A stretch of 64,000 nt of DNA from Cyanophora paradoxa CCMP329 (GCA_004431415.1 QPMI01000468.1:1-64000), one strand, 5' to 3'. Shown: positions 24,066 to 34,982, numbered from the stretch's first letter. The notes: generated by a model from the letters alone, not told the origin. Program-made: numbers and translations.

Positions 24066-24560
24066 ATGAATACCCAAGAGATAATAGAATATTGTAAGAC
24101 ACTTACAAATATTCCCGTAACAGAAGCAACAAAAGAATGCACAGACAAGAACTATCTCAAATGGGAAAAGAAGAATGCCCGTAAGAAGGTAATCTTTGTT
24201 ATATCACAAACGCGTAAACATCAGGACATGTTTTTACATCTTAATATGGCTTCCCAGTTTTACCATCCTCGTAGGCAGCACATATGCGCATTGGTTTACA
24301 AAGGATATAAAATGTTAATACCACTTGACATTACGAAAGAGAAATGCATTGAGGTAATACAAAATGTTATATCGGGCTTTTCTAAAAAACAAGATGGGGA
24401 AGTTAAGTGTGTGATTTGTTTAGAGGTTATAAAAACGGAAGATTTAGCTTGTGCGCAGTGTAATAGTTCTGTGTGTGAATCTTGCATATCCGAAATGACT
24501 TATAAACAACGTTTTTCCTGTCCAGTTTGTCGTATTGAGAGTTTGCAACAATACCATTAA
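24066..24560 (+). CDS. RING-finger protein (putative E3 ligase)
   Basis: C-terminal CVIC-x10-CAQC-x4-CESC-x11-CPVCR. Confidence 0.8.
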   Translation: MNTQEIIEYCKTLTNIPVTEATKECTDKNYLKWEKKNARKKVIFVISQTRKHQDMFLHLNMASQFYHPRRQHICALVYKGYKMLIPLDITKEKCIEVIQNVISGFSKKQDGEVKCVICLEVIKTEDLACAQCNSSVCESCISEMTYKQRFSCPVCRIESLQQYH

Positions 24561-24570
24561 TTGCAAGTGC

Positions 24571-24831
24571 CTAAGTTAGCTTTGTGACACTTCTTACCGT
24601 TAGTCTTACGTTTTCGGGCAGCTCTATTGTCAGTTGCATAGTGTCAGATTTGATAACATGGGTTTTTGTCTTTTTACCGCGGCAATTCGGGTAGTAACCG
24701 AATATTCGCCTGAAAAGATCCTGTGTGGCTTCAATATCCATGGTCGCGGTTTGAGTGATCTCGTCCGCAGTCAGGGCGTGCGTATAGGTCGGTCTGATAG
24801 CGGTCATTGTGTTGTCAGTATATACAATCAA
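24571..24831 (-). CDS. Hypothetical protein (86 aa; probable ATG at 24807)
   Basis: ORF fills the gap between the RING gene and the iteron region; CAAAATTTGA upstream. Confidence 0.4.
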   Translation of the reverse strand: MIVYTDNTMTAIRPTYTHALTADEITQTATMDIEATQDLFRRIFGYYPNCRGKKTKTHVIKSDTMQLTIELPENVRLTVRSVTKLT

Positions 24832-24894
24832 AGGAAGGCTTATATACCTTTGTCAAATTTTGAGAATGGCACGATATATAGTATACAAAATAAT

Positions 24895-25165
24895 AAACTA
24901 CTTAATTAATATAATAAATTACTCAAAACTACGCATCTATCCTTGAAAAACTACGCAACTTGAAACCAAAACTACGCACTTAATACCAAAACTACGCAAC
25001 TACGCAACTTTTGCACTTTTCTGAATGTTTGCCGCCCCGACTTCCAGACTTTTGCAGAAAGTTGCGTAGTTGCGTAGTTTTGGTATTAAATGCGTAGTTT
25101 CCAGTATTAAATTGCGTAGTCTCGCTATGTAGTCGCGTAGTTACTAAAAAATGATGTAGTTACTT
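24895..25165. repeat. ACTACGCA iteron array in inverted arrangement (putative replication origin)
   Basis: Perfect 32-bp inverted repeat 24980-25011 / 25058-25089 plus flanking ACTACGCA/TGCGTAGT copies. It lies directly after the helicase stop, and the same motif occurs in the TIRs. Confidence 0.7.
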
Positions 25166-25181
25166 ATTGTTTCCGTGTCGT

Positions 25182-27595
25182 TTACGCTTCTATATCATCC
25201 TCATCTTCGTCTTCGAACTGTGTCTTGGCGATCTTAGTGAGCCCCTTATAAACTCGTTTCGCCTTTCCTTTAATTGTTGTGACAGTAGATTCAATCTTGA
25301 ATGTTTCATACACTTTATTACTGATAGAGCGAGTGGTAACCTTCTTTTTGATATCGTAGTTTCGCATCATATCCGCGCAAGCTTTGAATACCTCATCGCA
25401 GGCAACATGGGCACCCTTTTCCTCTGACAGCTTATAGTTTTCGCGCAGATAGGAACCCACTTTATCGCTGTCGTCGAGATATTTGGCGCTATGCTCGATG
25501 ACCGATTGCGGCGGGTTTTTCAGGATCTCTTTTACTTTGCCAGTGGCGAGCATATCGATGAGAATCTGAATATTTGCTCGCTTGTAAACATTTTTCTCGT
25601 CGCCCTCAAACATTTCCATAAGGGTTTCATCCGCTTTCTTCTCTCCGGCTTTGGGATTAGGTGAGTAAACAGAGCGGAATGGGATCGATCTGAACCGACG
25701 CTTTATAGCATTGTCGGGCAAATCGATTTCCAAATTATTATTGCACAGGATCACCATGGTAAACCGTGGTTTGAAATCAATAGGATCCCTGAAAAGTCCA
25801 CGTGCTGTGCAGAGATCGCCACCTGTTAGTTCCTTCATCATCCCACACAAAAATCTTATCGCCATCGTTGGGTTCGTTTGAGTGGGTGAGCCGGACACCT
25901 TGCTTATTAGCAAGCTCGGGAATCGGGCTATTCGCTTTGTGGGGCTGTGTGAGCAAAGTAATGCTAATCGGGCGACCATAATCGCCGAATGTCTCTTGCA
26001 TAAACGTTTCAATCACACTCTTTCCATTAGCACCGACGCCTGTGAACAGATAGAACGTTTGCAGGTCGGTTTTACCTGTGAGTGCATATGCATAGAGGCT
26101 GATCAGGTAATTGTAGAGTTCCATATCTCCGCCACAGATATCCAAATAAATGTCTTTCAGTCTTTTAACCTTCTCCTGATCCACTTCCTCGCTATAATCA
26201 AAGCCGACAGTCTTGCTCACCATATCTTCCATCGTCCCCTTGCGGAAAGTCATATTATTTAGATCAAACACGCCATTGGTAAACCCCACAATATTGGGAA
26301 CTGTGTCCAGAGTCGCCATAAAGTCATCGTCTTGCAGCTGTGTGATAATATGCGGTTCCAGCGACTTTTGATACGGTGTATTCTGAATCCTCTTGTGAAT
26401 TGCCAGCAACATATGGGCGCTTTTCTCAGCCTTTTCCTTCACAAGATCATCTCCACTTGCACTAACAGCATTGGAAAGATGATATCCCGCCCTCTTAAAG
26501 AACCACTGTGCCACATGCTCGGGATCTTAGAGAGTATCGACTTGTCCGTTTTGTCATATTTCCAGATACCATTTTTGGGGTTAAGGTTAAACCAGACATC
26601 ATTTGAATATTTTGTGGTCGCTTTCAGGATCTTGGCGCAGATGATTGCAACAGGATAATGGGCACCTTCAACTGAAACGGTCTTGTCAATGAGAGTGTTA
26701 ATTTCTAAATGGTGTTTCTCTTCCTCGGTCAGCTCTATGTTAACCGAGAACTCTTTCGGCTCGCAGTTCTCGCTATAACTCTTCACAATATACTCATTAT
26801 ACTTGCCATCTCGCTTTTTCTTCACCCACCAGTTATTGGAATCGTGGGATTCATCGCAGCAGGGACACTGGAACCCCTTGTTAGCCGAATTAAAGTCAAA
26901 GCCCTCATCGCGGCGTGCATAGATATTTGGGAATAGGAACCCATGCCACACAGCCCGGCAATAATAGCAGCTTCGGTATTATCCTTGCTCGAATTTCCCG
27001 CTTTCGGCTGTGGATTATTGGCATGCTTGTAATCGTAGTTCTCAATAATCCATTTACGAAAAGCGTCGGAGGGCTCGTTAAACTTGCACGACGATGCCCA
27101 CGGCTTAATTACCCAGGTCTTATTAGGGCTTGGACATACATTGAGAAGTCCCGAAGTGCCAGTGCCAGTGATGGTTTTGAGGTCGACCTTCTTGTATCCC
27201 TTAAAAGCCGGCGCGCTATCTGTGATTTTCAGCTTATCGAACTCATCAGGGCGTCGAAAGAATACATGGTAGCCCTTTCGAGTCTTTTCGAGCGGCTGAT
27301 GGGCATCGAAATCATCGGGAAACATCTCAACGAATTTCTGATACGTTTCCTCATCGTCGAAATCAACGACCATCATCGAATTCGACAGCAGAATGCCCCA
27401 ATTAGTGAACTCGTTGGAAGCAAAGGCTTCGTCGTATCTTCCCCAGTTCCAAACACCGCCTTTATGGGTGTAGGCGGGCTTTTTAACCTCGTCTTTCATG
27501 GGAATAATCGTGTTTTTCGACAAGGTCTCATCGCCACGCAGCCAGTCAGCGAGCTCTTGGAGTAAAGTCTTTTGTTTCAACGTCATCTTCGCCAT
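25182..27595 (-). pseudogene. Primase-polymerase / D5-like SF3 helicase fusion split by three frameshifts
   Basis: Four overlapping ORFs in domain order: prim-pol (VVDFDD, KTRKGYHVFF; 26822-27595), Zn-binding (CPCCDESH; 26439-26951), D5_N + Walker A GVGANGKS (25777-26514), and helicase C-terminus (KELTGGD, ILCNN, AIKRR; 25182-26012). Confidence 0.88.
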
Positions 27596-27777
27596 TTTCG
27601 ATGTCTTTCTACCTTTATGCAAGAAATTAATTTTTCTTAGGCTGATCAAATTTTGGCGAGTTGTCTTTAAATGCCCTACAAATATTTTCCCGATGACTAA
27701 AAACGATTAGGGAGCTTGCCGATATGCATCGGAAAGCCGCTTGAAAAATAAGGAATGGATTCAGCGGCGGATTGCGT

Positions 27778-27999
27778 TCAATACTTGCGGGGTCGCCCGC
27801 GGTTTCCACTGTGAATGCCCTCTTCTTGCTTGCGACGGTAGTAATATTCTAGCGCCTTTTTCTTTTTTAATTCGCGATATTCGGGATCGTCGTTATAGCG
27901 CATCCGCTGTTTATATATATCCCTGACACGCCAGCCCGCCTTATCGAGATCTACCGGGTTCCCGTTCTTATCATACACAGTCATAGCATGCGTCTCCAT
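27778..27999 (-). CDS. Small basic AT-hook DNA-binding protein
   Basis: Ends in RGRPRKY; 'RYNDDPEYRE' resembles 'RYHENPDYRQ' of 48179-48496. Confidence 0.7.
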   Translation of the reverse strand: METHAMTVYDKNGNPVDLDKAGWRVRDIYKQRMRYNDDPEYRELKKKKALEYYYRRKQEEGIHSGNRGRPRKY

Positions 28000-28216
28000 T
28001 GGTTTACCTTACTTTAAGCTGAGAAAATATTTTTATCAGTGGTCTTTGCTATTTCTTCTTTAAATCATTTTCTGAGCTGTCATTTTTTGTGACCGAAGCG
28101 AGCTCTTCTCTACGTTTTTTAATAGCGGCTTCCAGTGCATATTGCGCGCATTTCCTGTATAGGATCGCGTAGAGATCAGGGTCGGGCATTCGATACTATT
28201 TAACGCGAAAATAGTT

Positions 28217-28564
28217 TCAGCGATCGTATTCGCCCAAATAAAGCGGATTTATTGGCGGATATGGCGAATCAACGCGAATATGACCTTCTACGAAATTAGG
28301 GCACGACCGGCGTCGTATATAGGATACTTGCACGTCTTCTATTGCTACCTGTGGGATTATATTGGAGTCAGCGGGCACAGGCGAGGGCGATCGGGATCGT
28401 GGGCGATCGTGATTATCGCTGTGGTTGGAATATACAGATAATCGCCTACCTCCATTATCCTCGTCCGAAATGTCAACCTCTACGGTTGTCTCGCAGCAGG
28501 AGTTATGGCACGTGCTTGTGAAATGCAGGTGAAACATCTCAATGCATTGTGTGATGAAATTCAT
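28217..28564 (-). CDS. Conserved hypothetical protein (homolog of 63428-63751)
   Basis: MFHLHFTSTCHNSCCETTVEVDISD vs MFHLNVTSKLNCSCCETTINLEISD; both have an RSRSxSP tail. Confidence 0.78.
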   Translation of the reverse strand: MNFITQCIEMFHLHFTSTCHNSCCETTVEVDISDEDNGGRRLSVYSNHSDNHDRPRSRSPSPVPADSNIIPQVAIEDVQVSYIRRRSCPNFVEGHIRVDSPYPPINPLYLGEYDR

Positions 28565-28764
28565 AGATCCTAATATTGCACAACGTATTAAATATTGGAG
28601 AAAATAAAAGGGAATGAGGGTGTTACTTGCTCGTGTGTTCCCATACGAATTAGTCGACCTTATAATGGTGTTTGTGGAGCCGTCCTGTCCCTTTTGCAAG
28701 GGAATTCATATTAAGACCCGCTCTAAATACGGGCGGATTCATTTATGTTTGAACGACTTGCACA

Positions 28765-29436
28765 TTAGAAGCGACGACGCCCACCAAACATAGATGACAG
28801 ATTGGCACCCGGCTGTGCATGCACACCCGATGGGTTAACGAAACCGCCCGGCTTTGGTGCATTTTCAGCTATGACTGTCTCTTTTCTTTCGACTGTCTGA
28901 ACATCGGGAACAGTCGCCCGCTTCTTTTCCATTTCCACGCGAACAGCTTGTTTAATCAGCTTGCGCTGTTTGTATTCCTTAGTGAAATCATCAAAGGCTC
29001 GCACAGTAGTGTCGTATGTAGCCAGTCGCGCTTCGAGCGCCCTAAACTTCTCCTCTAATTCCTGACCGACTTTCTCGCCCTTGGTCACATAGACAGATGC
29101 CCGCTTTTTAGGGGCTTCCATCGATGCAGGTAAAGCGGCTGTTGCTTCGGCTTTTACCACCTTGTTATCAGTAAGCTTTTCCCCTGTGAGCTGTGATTCA
29201 GCGAGGGATTGATCCGCCAGCTTTCTGTCAGTGGAATCGACCGGCTCCCGCTTAGCATCCACCTTTTGAGCACGCTCTGAAACCTTGGTATTCGGATCGA
29301 TTAGGTCGAAATCTATTTGGTCAGAAGCCGCAGCACCACCAGTGCGACCGGCATCCTCAATAGCAGTCGATTTACCAGCCACCGCAGCGCTTTGATCTTC
29401 CATTTGGATAGCTTTCCGCGAGTTCTTGGGTGGCAT
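28765..29436 (-). CDS. Conserved coiled-coil protein (homolog of 48829-49458), possible core protein
   Basis: ELEEKFRALEAR / ELTAKLRDLEAR and C-terminal MFGGRRRF / MGGRRIRL; syntenic downstream of the ATPase. Confidence 0.78.
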   Translation of the reverse strand: MPPKNSRKAIQMEDQSAAVAGKSTAIEDAGRTGGAAASDQIDFDLIDPNTKVSERAQKVDAKREPVDSTDRKLADQSLAESQLTGEKLTDNKVVKAEATAALPASMEAPKKRASVYVTKGEKVGQELEEKFRALEARLATYDTTVRAFDDFTKEYKQRKLIKQAVRVEMEKKRATVPDVQTVERKETVIAENAPKPGGFVNPSGVHAQPGANLSSMFGGRRRF

Positions 29437-29459
29437 TTATCATTATGCGAGAAATTTAT

Positions 29460-30383
29460 TCAAAATTTACCCAATTTCTTTGCAAATTTTGGGCGGCGCT
29501 TTTCTTGGTATGCCAGCAATAGATTGGGGTCTTTAAGTAGGTCGGCTTCGATTATTCTTTTGGTGGATCGCTTTAAGGTGGCGACGTTTCCACTCACAGG
29601 TTTCGTTATATCGGTGGTTTGGGGTTGGTCGCCATTTACCTCTGTGGAGCTCTGTTTTACCGGCTGTTTACCAGCGGGCTTTATCTCTTCCACCGCTTTT
29701 TTAAAGAACCGCTTGAATTTATATTCGTCAGGCACCGGATCAGCCTTGCCCACAGAGAATTCCAGGCTATATTTCGAGTTGTCAATGCAGATAACCTGAT
29801 AGCTGTGACTGTATTCGTTCATCACCTTCTCAAACCAATGCTTTTCGTATGGATTAAACTCGTCCTCAGCACTCTCCATCTCTTTTCTGTTGGGCAGCGA
29901 GAATAGAAAGATATATTCGGAGTTAACCCTAAGTGTCGGCGAAATCTTAGTGAGTTTTTGTGACAGAATCCACACAGATATGAATAAATGGCGCCCCGAC
30001 GTGAATAGCTGATTTAATATAGGTTCACCTCTTCCTGACATCGAAAGACTTGGATTGTCAATGAAATCATCGAGTATGATTAACAGGTTACCGACTTTCT
30101 CCTTTTTCTTGATTCGCTCCTTGCGTTTCTGTATTATATTGTCGATCAGCTTATGATCGAAATCCTCATACAAATACGATGTGACATTGTCATATTGATG
30201 GTTCCAGATCGTGGAAGCGAATATCATCACCGAATCTATCTTGTCCTCGTTGTGGTAAAGCAGGTATTTTAAGAATACTGACTTACCTACTCCCGTTTTT
30301 CCGACAGCAAGTAAACGGCAAGGGAATGAAAGACTTGCCGGGTCGAATTCCGCAAGATCTTCTATACTCACGTTTCCAGTCAT
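29460..30383 (-). CDS. A32-like (FtsK-HerA) genome packaging ATPase
   Basis: Walker A GKTGVGKS, Walker B LIILDD, GRH..IS.WILSQ, LRVNSEY. Confidence 0.93.
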   Translation of the reverse strand: MTGNVSIEDLAEFDPASLSFPCRLLAVGKTGVGKSVFLKYLLYHNEDKIDSVMIFASTIWNHQYDNVTSYLYEDFDHKLIDNIIQKRKERIKKKEKVGNLLIILDDFIDNPSLSMSGRGEPILNQLFTSGRHLFISVWILSQKLTKISPTLRVNSEYIFLFSLPNRKEMESAEDEFNPYEKHWFEKVMNEYSHSYQVICIDNSKYSLEFSVGKADPVPDEYKFKRFFKKAVEEIKPAGKQPVKQSSTEVNGDQPQTTDITKPVSGNVATLKRSTKRIIEADLLKDPNLLLAYQEKRRPKFAKKLGKF

Positions 30384-30440
30384 ATTTGCTTTCCCTTATA
30401 AGAAACAAAATAAAAATTACGAAACGCGACAGCCCTCTAT

Positions 30441-31163
30441 TTACTCAACATCATTGAGGATCGCTTTATCACCGAGAATTTCTTTGGCTTTTGAGTTGTA
30501 GAAAAGTGCAGCCTCCTCCTTTGTGTTGCACACTTTTCGCCACCGCTGTTTCTTATATGAAAAGCATCCTTCCCATTTTCCAGTCGCTGTTTCAGTCACA
30601 CCACGAAATCCACTTGTATTCAGTGAGTAAAGAGGAGGTTTTGGTTTAATTTCAGGGTTTACCTCATTCAAAACAGCAAGATCTCCAAATAGCTCTTTTG
30701 CTTTTTGGTTGTAAGCGGCAGCAGCTTCTTCTTTTGTATCAAACGTTCCCAAATTGTATGGGACACCACTTTTTTGAATATTTGCCCTGAACCGACCGGT
30801 TCTTTTCTCTTGGAAAACACCTTTGAAACCAGTTTTGTTTCGTTTTCTCATACCTGTATTAAATACGCTGTCTTGCGGTGTTAAGAATCTAAGATTACAG
30901 CGACGATTATCGAGTTTGTCTCTACTGATATGATCAACAAAGTGCCCTTGTTGATGTCCGAAAATCCATTTGTGCATGTCGATGTTTTTCTTTACACCAG
31001 CAATGTAACCCCATGCATATCCCCGTTGGTTATGGTAATACCACTTGCTTATTTTCATGACATGATCATAATCGGCTTCATCTATAAGCGCATACTTGCC
31101 CTCGCCATGCTTTCCACACAAAGCGATTCGCCTGATCCCTTCCATTTGTTCGAGATACGCCAT
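30441..31163 (-). CDS. HNH endonuclease with two AP2 domains
   Basis: VDHISRDKLDNRRCNLR; NKTGFKGV...LGTFDTKEEAAAAYN, repeated once. Confidence 0.92.
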   Translation of the reverse strand: MAYLEQMEGIRRIALCGKHGEGKYALIDEADYDHVMKISKWYYHNQRGYAWGYIAGVKKNIDMHKWIFGHQQGHFVDHISRDKLDNRRCNLRFLTPQDSVFNTGMRKRNKTGFKGVFQEKRTGRFRANIQKSGVPYNLGTFDTKEEAAAAYNQKAKELFGDLAVLNEVNPEIKPKPPLYSLNTSGFRGVTETATGKWEGCFSYKKQRWRKVCNTKEEAALFYNSKAKEILGDKAILNDVE

Positions 31164-31237
31164 TAAATCTTATAATCGTCTTGTCCTTAAATAGACAAAG
31201 GATTAAAAATGACATCAAATTTTGCCCGCGACAGTCC

Positions 31238-32686
31238 TCATGCCGTCACGCGAGACAATCCATTGGCATTCATCACAAGAATATTGTGGCAATAAGCCGA
31301 GATCTGAACACCGACCTTTGTCCAGGTGGCGAGGGGTGTGCCATTGGGTGTGAGGAGCAGGAAACTTGAAGCTGATTGTGTTAGATCGACATAGCCAGTC
31401 GCCTTCTCACCTTTGAGCGCCGCTTTACCATCGAGGGCAAAGCAGAAGCCAGTGTAAATGGGGCGCTTGTTGCTATCGATCCAGTTAGTCATCTTGAATT
31501 TATCGGCGAGCTCCATAGCCGCGGATTGCAGCGGGACACCAGTGTTGGAATATAGGTAATTGTTGTTATTTAGAACTTGCATCACGACATTATCATCGAA
31601 GGCAAGGGTGCGGACAGTAGAGTGCCCTCCTTTATTATCGCCGAGTGTGTTTTCGTCGCGAACCTTGACAACAAGTGCGTAAACAAGTCCCGAAATTTGA
31701 GATAGTGACAGGCGGAGACCAGAGCCGAGAGCAAGACCGGTATAATCCGCAAACTGAATATCAGTGTAGGGGATGGCGATGCCAGAGGTCTTAACACGAG
31801 TAATGATTTCGCCCATCGTTTCCTCATCGATGTTAACAGCATCCATAATGATACGAGGGGTCGTCATTTCCAGATTCGCAAGTGCAGGTGTAGGTGTGAG
31901 AGCCGCACTATCGAAAATCGCAGTGGCATTAGGGTGGGCTAAGGTCTTAATATTTCCGAAAGCAGCCGCAACAGCAAGCGTCGTCTCGCCATCAGTAGAG
32001 TTGGCAGCAGTAATTGCAGTCGTGTTATTCTGAGCGTAAACGCCAGGAACCGCCGCAGTTTCGAGCAGCGCAGGGGTTTGGAAATATACTTCGACCGCGA
32101 TTTCGGATGGGAGCGCACCGATGGGCACGCCAGCATCGAGGAAACTCGGAATTCGCATGGTAAAAATGCCGCCAGCTTGGTTGCCGCCCTCTACCTTCGG
32201 TCCGAGATGCAGCCCATGCTTGCGCTTCTTTTGGTCGAATTCAGCCGGAGTGTTAGCCAGGAAAGCGTAATCTACCAGTCGCTCAGCCGGAATAATTTGC
32301 TCATACGACCCGTATTTAATGCTGACTCGCTGAACAAACGAGCCAGGAAGCCCGCGGACGAATCCAGTATTGAATAGATCAGCCGAGCAGTCAGCCGAGG
32401 TCTTGGCGATGGCAGTCAGCGCCTTCGCCGATGGAATGGTAACTTGGAGGCTAATACCATTGCACCAATTGTAGCGAGGGAGATAGAAGACCACACGAGT
32501 GGTAGCACCAGTAGAGGAGAACAGATTGCCGGGATCCGCAATTGGGAGCACCTCCACACGAGAAGGCTTGAATTGTTTGTCCACACCCACGATAAATCCG
32601 CGATCCAAAAGCATGCTCTTGTAATCCTCCGGGGTTTCGAGGACGGATTTGAGCGTGAGGCGGCTAAGCGAGGTCGTGGGATCCAT
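31238..32686 (-). CDS. Probable major capsid protein (double jelly-roll) of element B
   Basis: 482 aa, beta-rich, next to the ATPase. Clear homolog of 50228-51616 (YLPRYN, PIGALP.E..VEV, VKTSGIAIP, LSQISGL, TGYVDLT). Fold inferred from context. Confidence 0.78.
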   Translation of the reverse strand: MDPTTSLSRLTLKSVLETPEDYKSMLLDRGFIVGVDKQFKPSRVEVLPIADPGNLFSSTGATTRVVFYLPRYNWCNGISLQVTIPSAKALTAIAKTSADCSADLFNTGFVRGLPGSFVQRVSIKYGSYEQIIPAERLVDYAFLANTPAEFDQKKRKHGLHLGPKVEGGNQAGGIFTMRIPSFLDAGVPIGALPSEIAVEVYFQTPALLETAAVPGVYAQNNTTAITAANSTDGETTLAVAAAFGNIKTLAHPNATAIFDSAALTPTPALANLEMTTPRIIMDAVNIDEETMGEIITRVKTSGIAIPYTDIQFADYTGLALGSGLRLSLSQISGLVYALVVKVRDENTLGDNKGGHSTVRTLAFDDNVVMQVLNNNNYLYSNTGVPLQSAAMELADKFKMTNWIDSNKRPIYTGFCFALDGKAALKGEKATGYVDLTQSASSFLLLTPNGTPLATWTKVGVQISAYCHNILVMNANGLSRVTA

Positions 32687-32719
32687 ATTTCGTTTTTATC
32701 TTCCGCTGAGAAATTTATT

Positions 32720-34006
32720 TTAGAAGAACGGATTATTTTTTACAGCCACCCCGCTCAACGCATTCGTTAAATTGCCGCAATGCGGGTAGTCCTCATAGAG
32801 CATTTTCGCGAATCCCTTATTAACAATGCGCTGTAAATCGTCGTCGGGCTCATCCACTCCCATAGTAATTTCCAAAATGAATGTGTGCTCACAGCTTCCG
32901 AGGAAATACCTATAACCGCTCTCCGTGAGAATTTGAACGGTTAAACTATCAAAGGAGAGGCGGGTGTTAAAGTATTTCGTGAAAGCATCCGCCCCATAAT
33001 TAATTAGCTCAGCATCAGCATAGGCTGTGCCTTTCGAAATCGGGATCTTAGCGAGGAATCCATTAGTAGCCTCGGTGCATGTCGTAAAAAGCGAGCAGTC
33101 CGGCTCTGTGATCTTTAAAACTATTGCATTATCCGGTGTATAATCAGGGGCAGTGCCTCCGGCTATGCCTAAGACCAGAGCCGTCGAATTATAATTGCGG
33201 AATGCATCACCAGCTGAGTAAACGACACCACTCCCAGCAAAGGCTGTATAGCCCGATCCGTTGTATTGATCTATCATTATATTCTCTCTGATCGATGTAA
33301 ACCCGAGAAGAGTCATCGTGCGATAGGCGAGCACCTTTCTTTCATTCGCAGTAGACCCAGTGGCATTACTCGGACCATATTTAGTGAAAGCTATGTAGAC
33401 ATAATCACTCGAATAAAAGCATATGGCATTTAATGTGCTCTCAAAACGGCATCTCACCACCGGGTAAAAGGTTCCCCCTGTCGATGCGTAGCTTGGATTA
33501 ATTTTTGTGTCGATCATATCCTTGATGTAGTTGCCAGTTCCATTTTTCGTTAAGATGTTATCGATTGCAGTGGCAAGGTCGGTTCCAGTCGAGTATGTGC
33601 CCGGAGGGATCGTAATTGCTACGTCTCTGTATCGGGTATATCTTCTGAAAGTGTTTAGGTAATCAGGCGGTATATAGTTGCCTTGGTCGCCAGCATCTAT
33701 GGCTTTGTAAGCGTCATATATTGCAGTTGCCTGTGAATCTCTGATTTCCTGAGTGGCACCATTCAGCTGACCGCTCGAAAATCGGTAAGGAAATGATATG
33801 AAAATCGTATTAGCATCATCGGCTTTCGTTTCCCCGATTTCAGTATAGAATTGAGGGCTTGGAACCGTCGGAATCGTGTTGGAAAATTCGATCTGTCGCA
33901 CAGCGATGCTCTTCACATTGTGGTATTGCTTTGGAAGGGTCACCTTATAGGAATGAGCCGAGCCCTCTGATCGATCACGGCTACTGATGCTGAGATACTC
34001 GCGCAT
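32720..34006 (-). CDS. Probable minor capsid (penton-like) protein 1
   Basis: N-terminal ISSRDR...YKVTLPKQYHNVKSI...IEFSNT, IPPGTY, C-terminal HTFILEI; homolog of 51719-52675. Start moved to ATG 34006. Confidence 0.68.
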   Translation of the reverse strand: MREYLSISSRDRSEGSAHSYKVTLPKQYHNVKSIAVRQIEFSNTIPTVPSPQFYTEIGETKADDANTIFISFPYRFSSGQLNGATQEIRDSQATAIYDAYKAIDAGDQGNYIPPDYLNTFRRYTRYRDVAITIPPGTYSTGTDLATAIDNILTKNGTGNYIKDMIDTKINPSYASTGGTFYPVVRCRFESTLNAICFYSSDYVYIAFTKYGPSNATGSTANERKVLAYRTMTLLGFTSIRENIMIDQYNGSGYTAFAGSGVVYSAGDAFRNYNSTALVLGIAGGTAPDYTPDNAIVLKITEPDCSLFTTCTEATNGFLAKIPISKGTAYADAELINYGADAFTKYFNTRLSFDSLTVQILTESGYRYFLGSCEHTFILEITMGVDEPDDDLQRIVNKGFAKMLYEDYPHCGNLTNALSGVAVKNNPFF

Positions 34007-34033
34007 TTTATTCTTTATTAATAGGAAATAAAA

Positions 34034-34964
34034 ATGATTCGGAAGCCAGTTAACGATTTCTATAATGGCAAGTTTACGAGGGTCAATGTTAATATCGATT
34101 CTATTGAGCGCAGTGCAGGGCACCCGGGAGAATATACAGTAAAGCTTTCTCAGCGACTTCTGAACGTAAAAGGGGTGCGCATTGCAAGCGCCGAGCTCCC
34201 GAACACGATTTATGCTGTCACCGATAATTCCAGAGGCGTGACCATACAGGGAATGACGAACAGCATCACCTTTTCCCCTTTTCCTGATATAGGAAACTAC
34301 ACCCCCGCGATTTGGGGATATGGTAATAAGAACTTAGGCTATTCGGGCAGCTTTGTCGATGTAAACCCTCTCACAAGCGAAAGCGTCACAGTCTACTACA
34401 AGTGGCTCTATAATCCAGCGACTATGAAAATTACGTTTTATTCGAGCATTCCCCTCACACTGAGCTGTGCACATGACGACTTTGCAAGGTTCCATGGAAT
34501 GATCAAAGGGGATATGTATCAAACAATTCCAGTTGGTGAGGGTTCAGAGCATCTCACGGTAGACTATTTACCCCTCACACCCAGCAATCCAAAATACTCA
34601 TTTCTACAAGCCTATGAGGGCAAAACAAAATACCCCGCCGGAATATCTGTGCTTCCATTCCCTCTCGAACATGTAGTGACCTTCCCGAATGCGATTAATC
34701 TAAATCCGACCCCCTATGTTTACCTACAAATTAAAGAGTTTACGCCCTTTTACGACAGGTATATGGTGGCAGCAAAGACAGATGAGGTATATGCCCTATA
34801 TAGTGGCAGAAAAGACAGGTACGACAGGTATATGGTGGCAGAAAAGACAGGTGGCATATAAAGAGTTTACGCCCTTTTACGACAGGTATATGGTGGCCTA
34901 CAATAATGTAGTCGACTTTAATGGCGTTAATCACAGCTTTATATTAGAGGTGCTATCGGGTTAA
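34034..34964 (+). pseudogene. Probable minor capsid protein 2 with rearranged and frameshifted 3' end
   Basis: IDSIER...LLNVKGVRIASAELPNTIY; homolog of 52703-53620. The terminal VDFNGVNHSFILEV is in another frame, after internal duplications at 34732-34897. Confidence 0.68.
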
Positions 34965-34982
34965 AATAATCTTATATTACAA

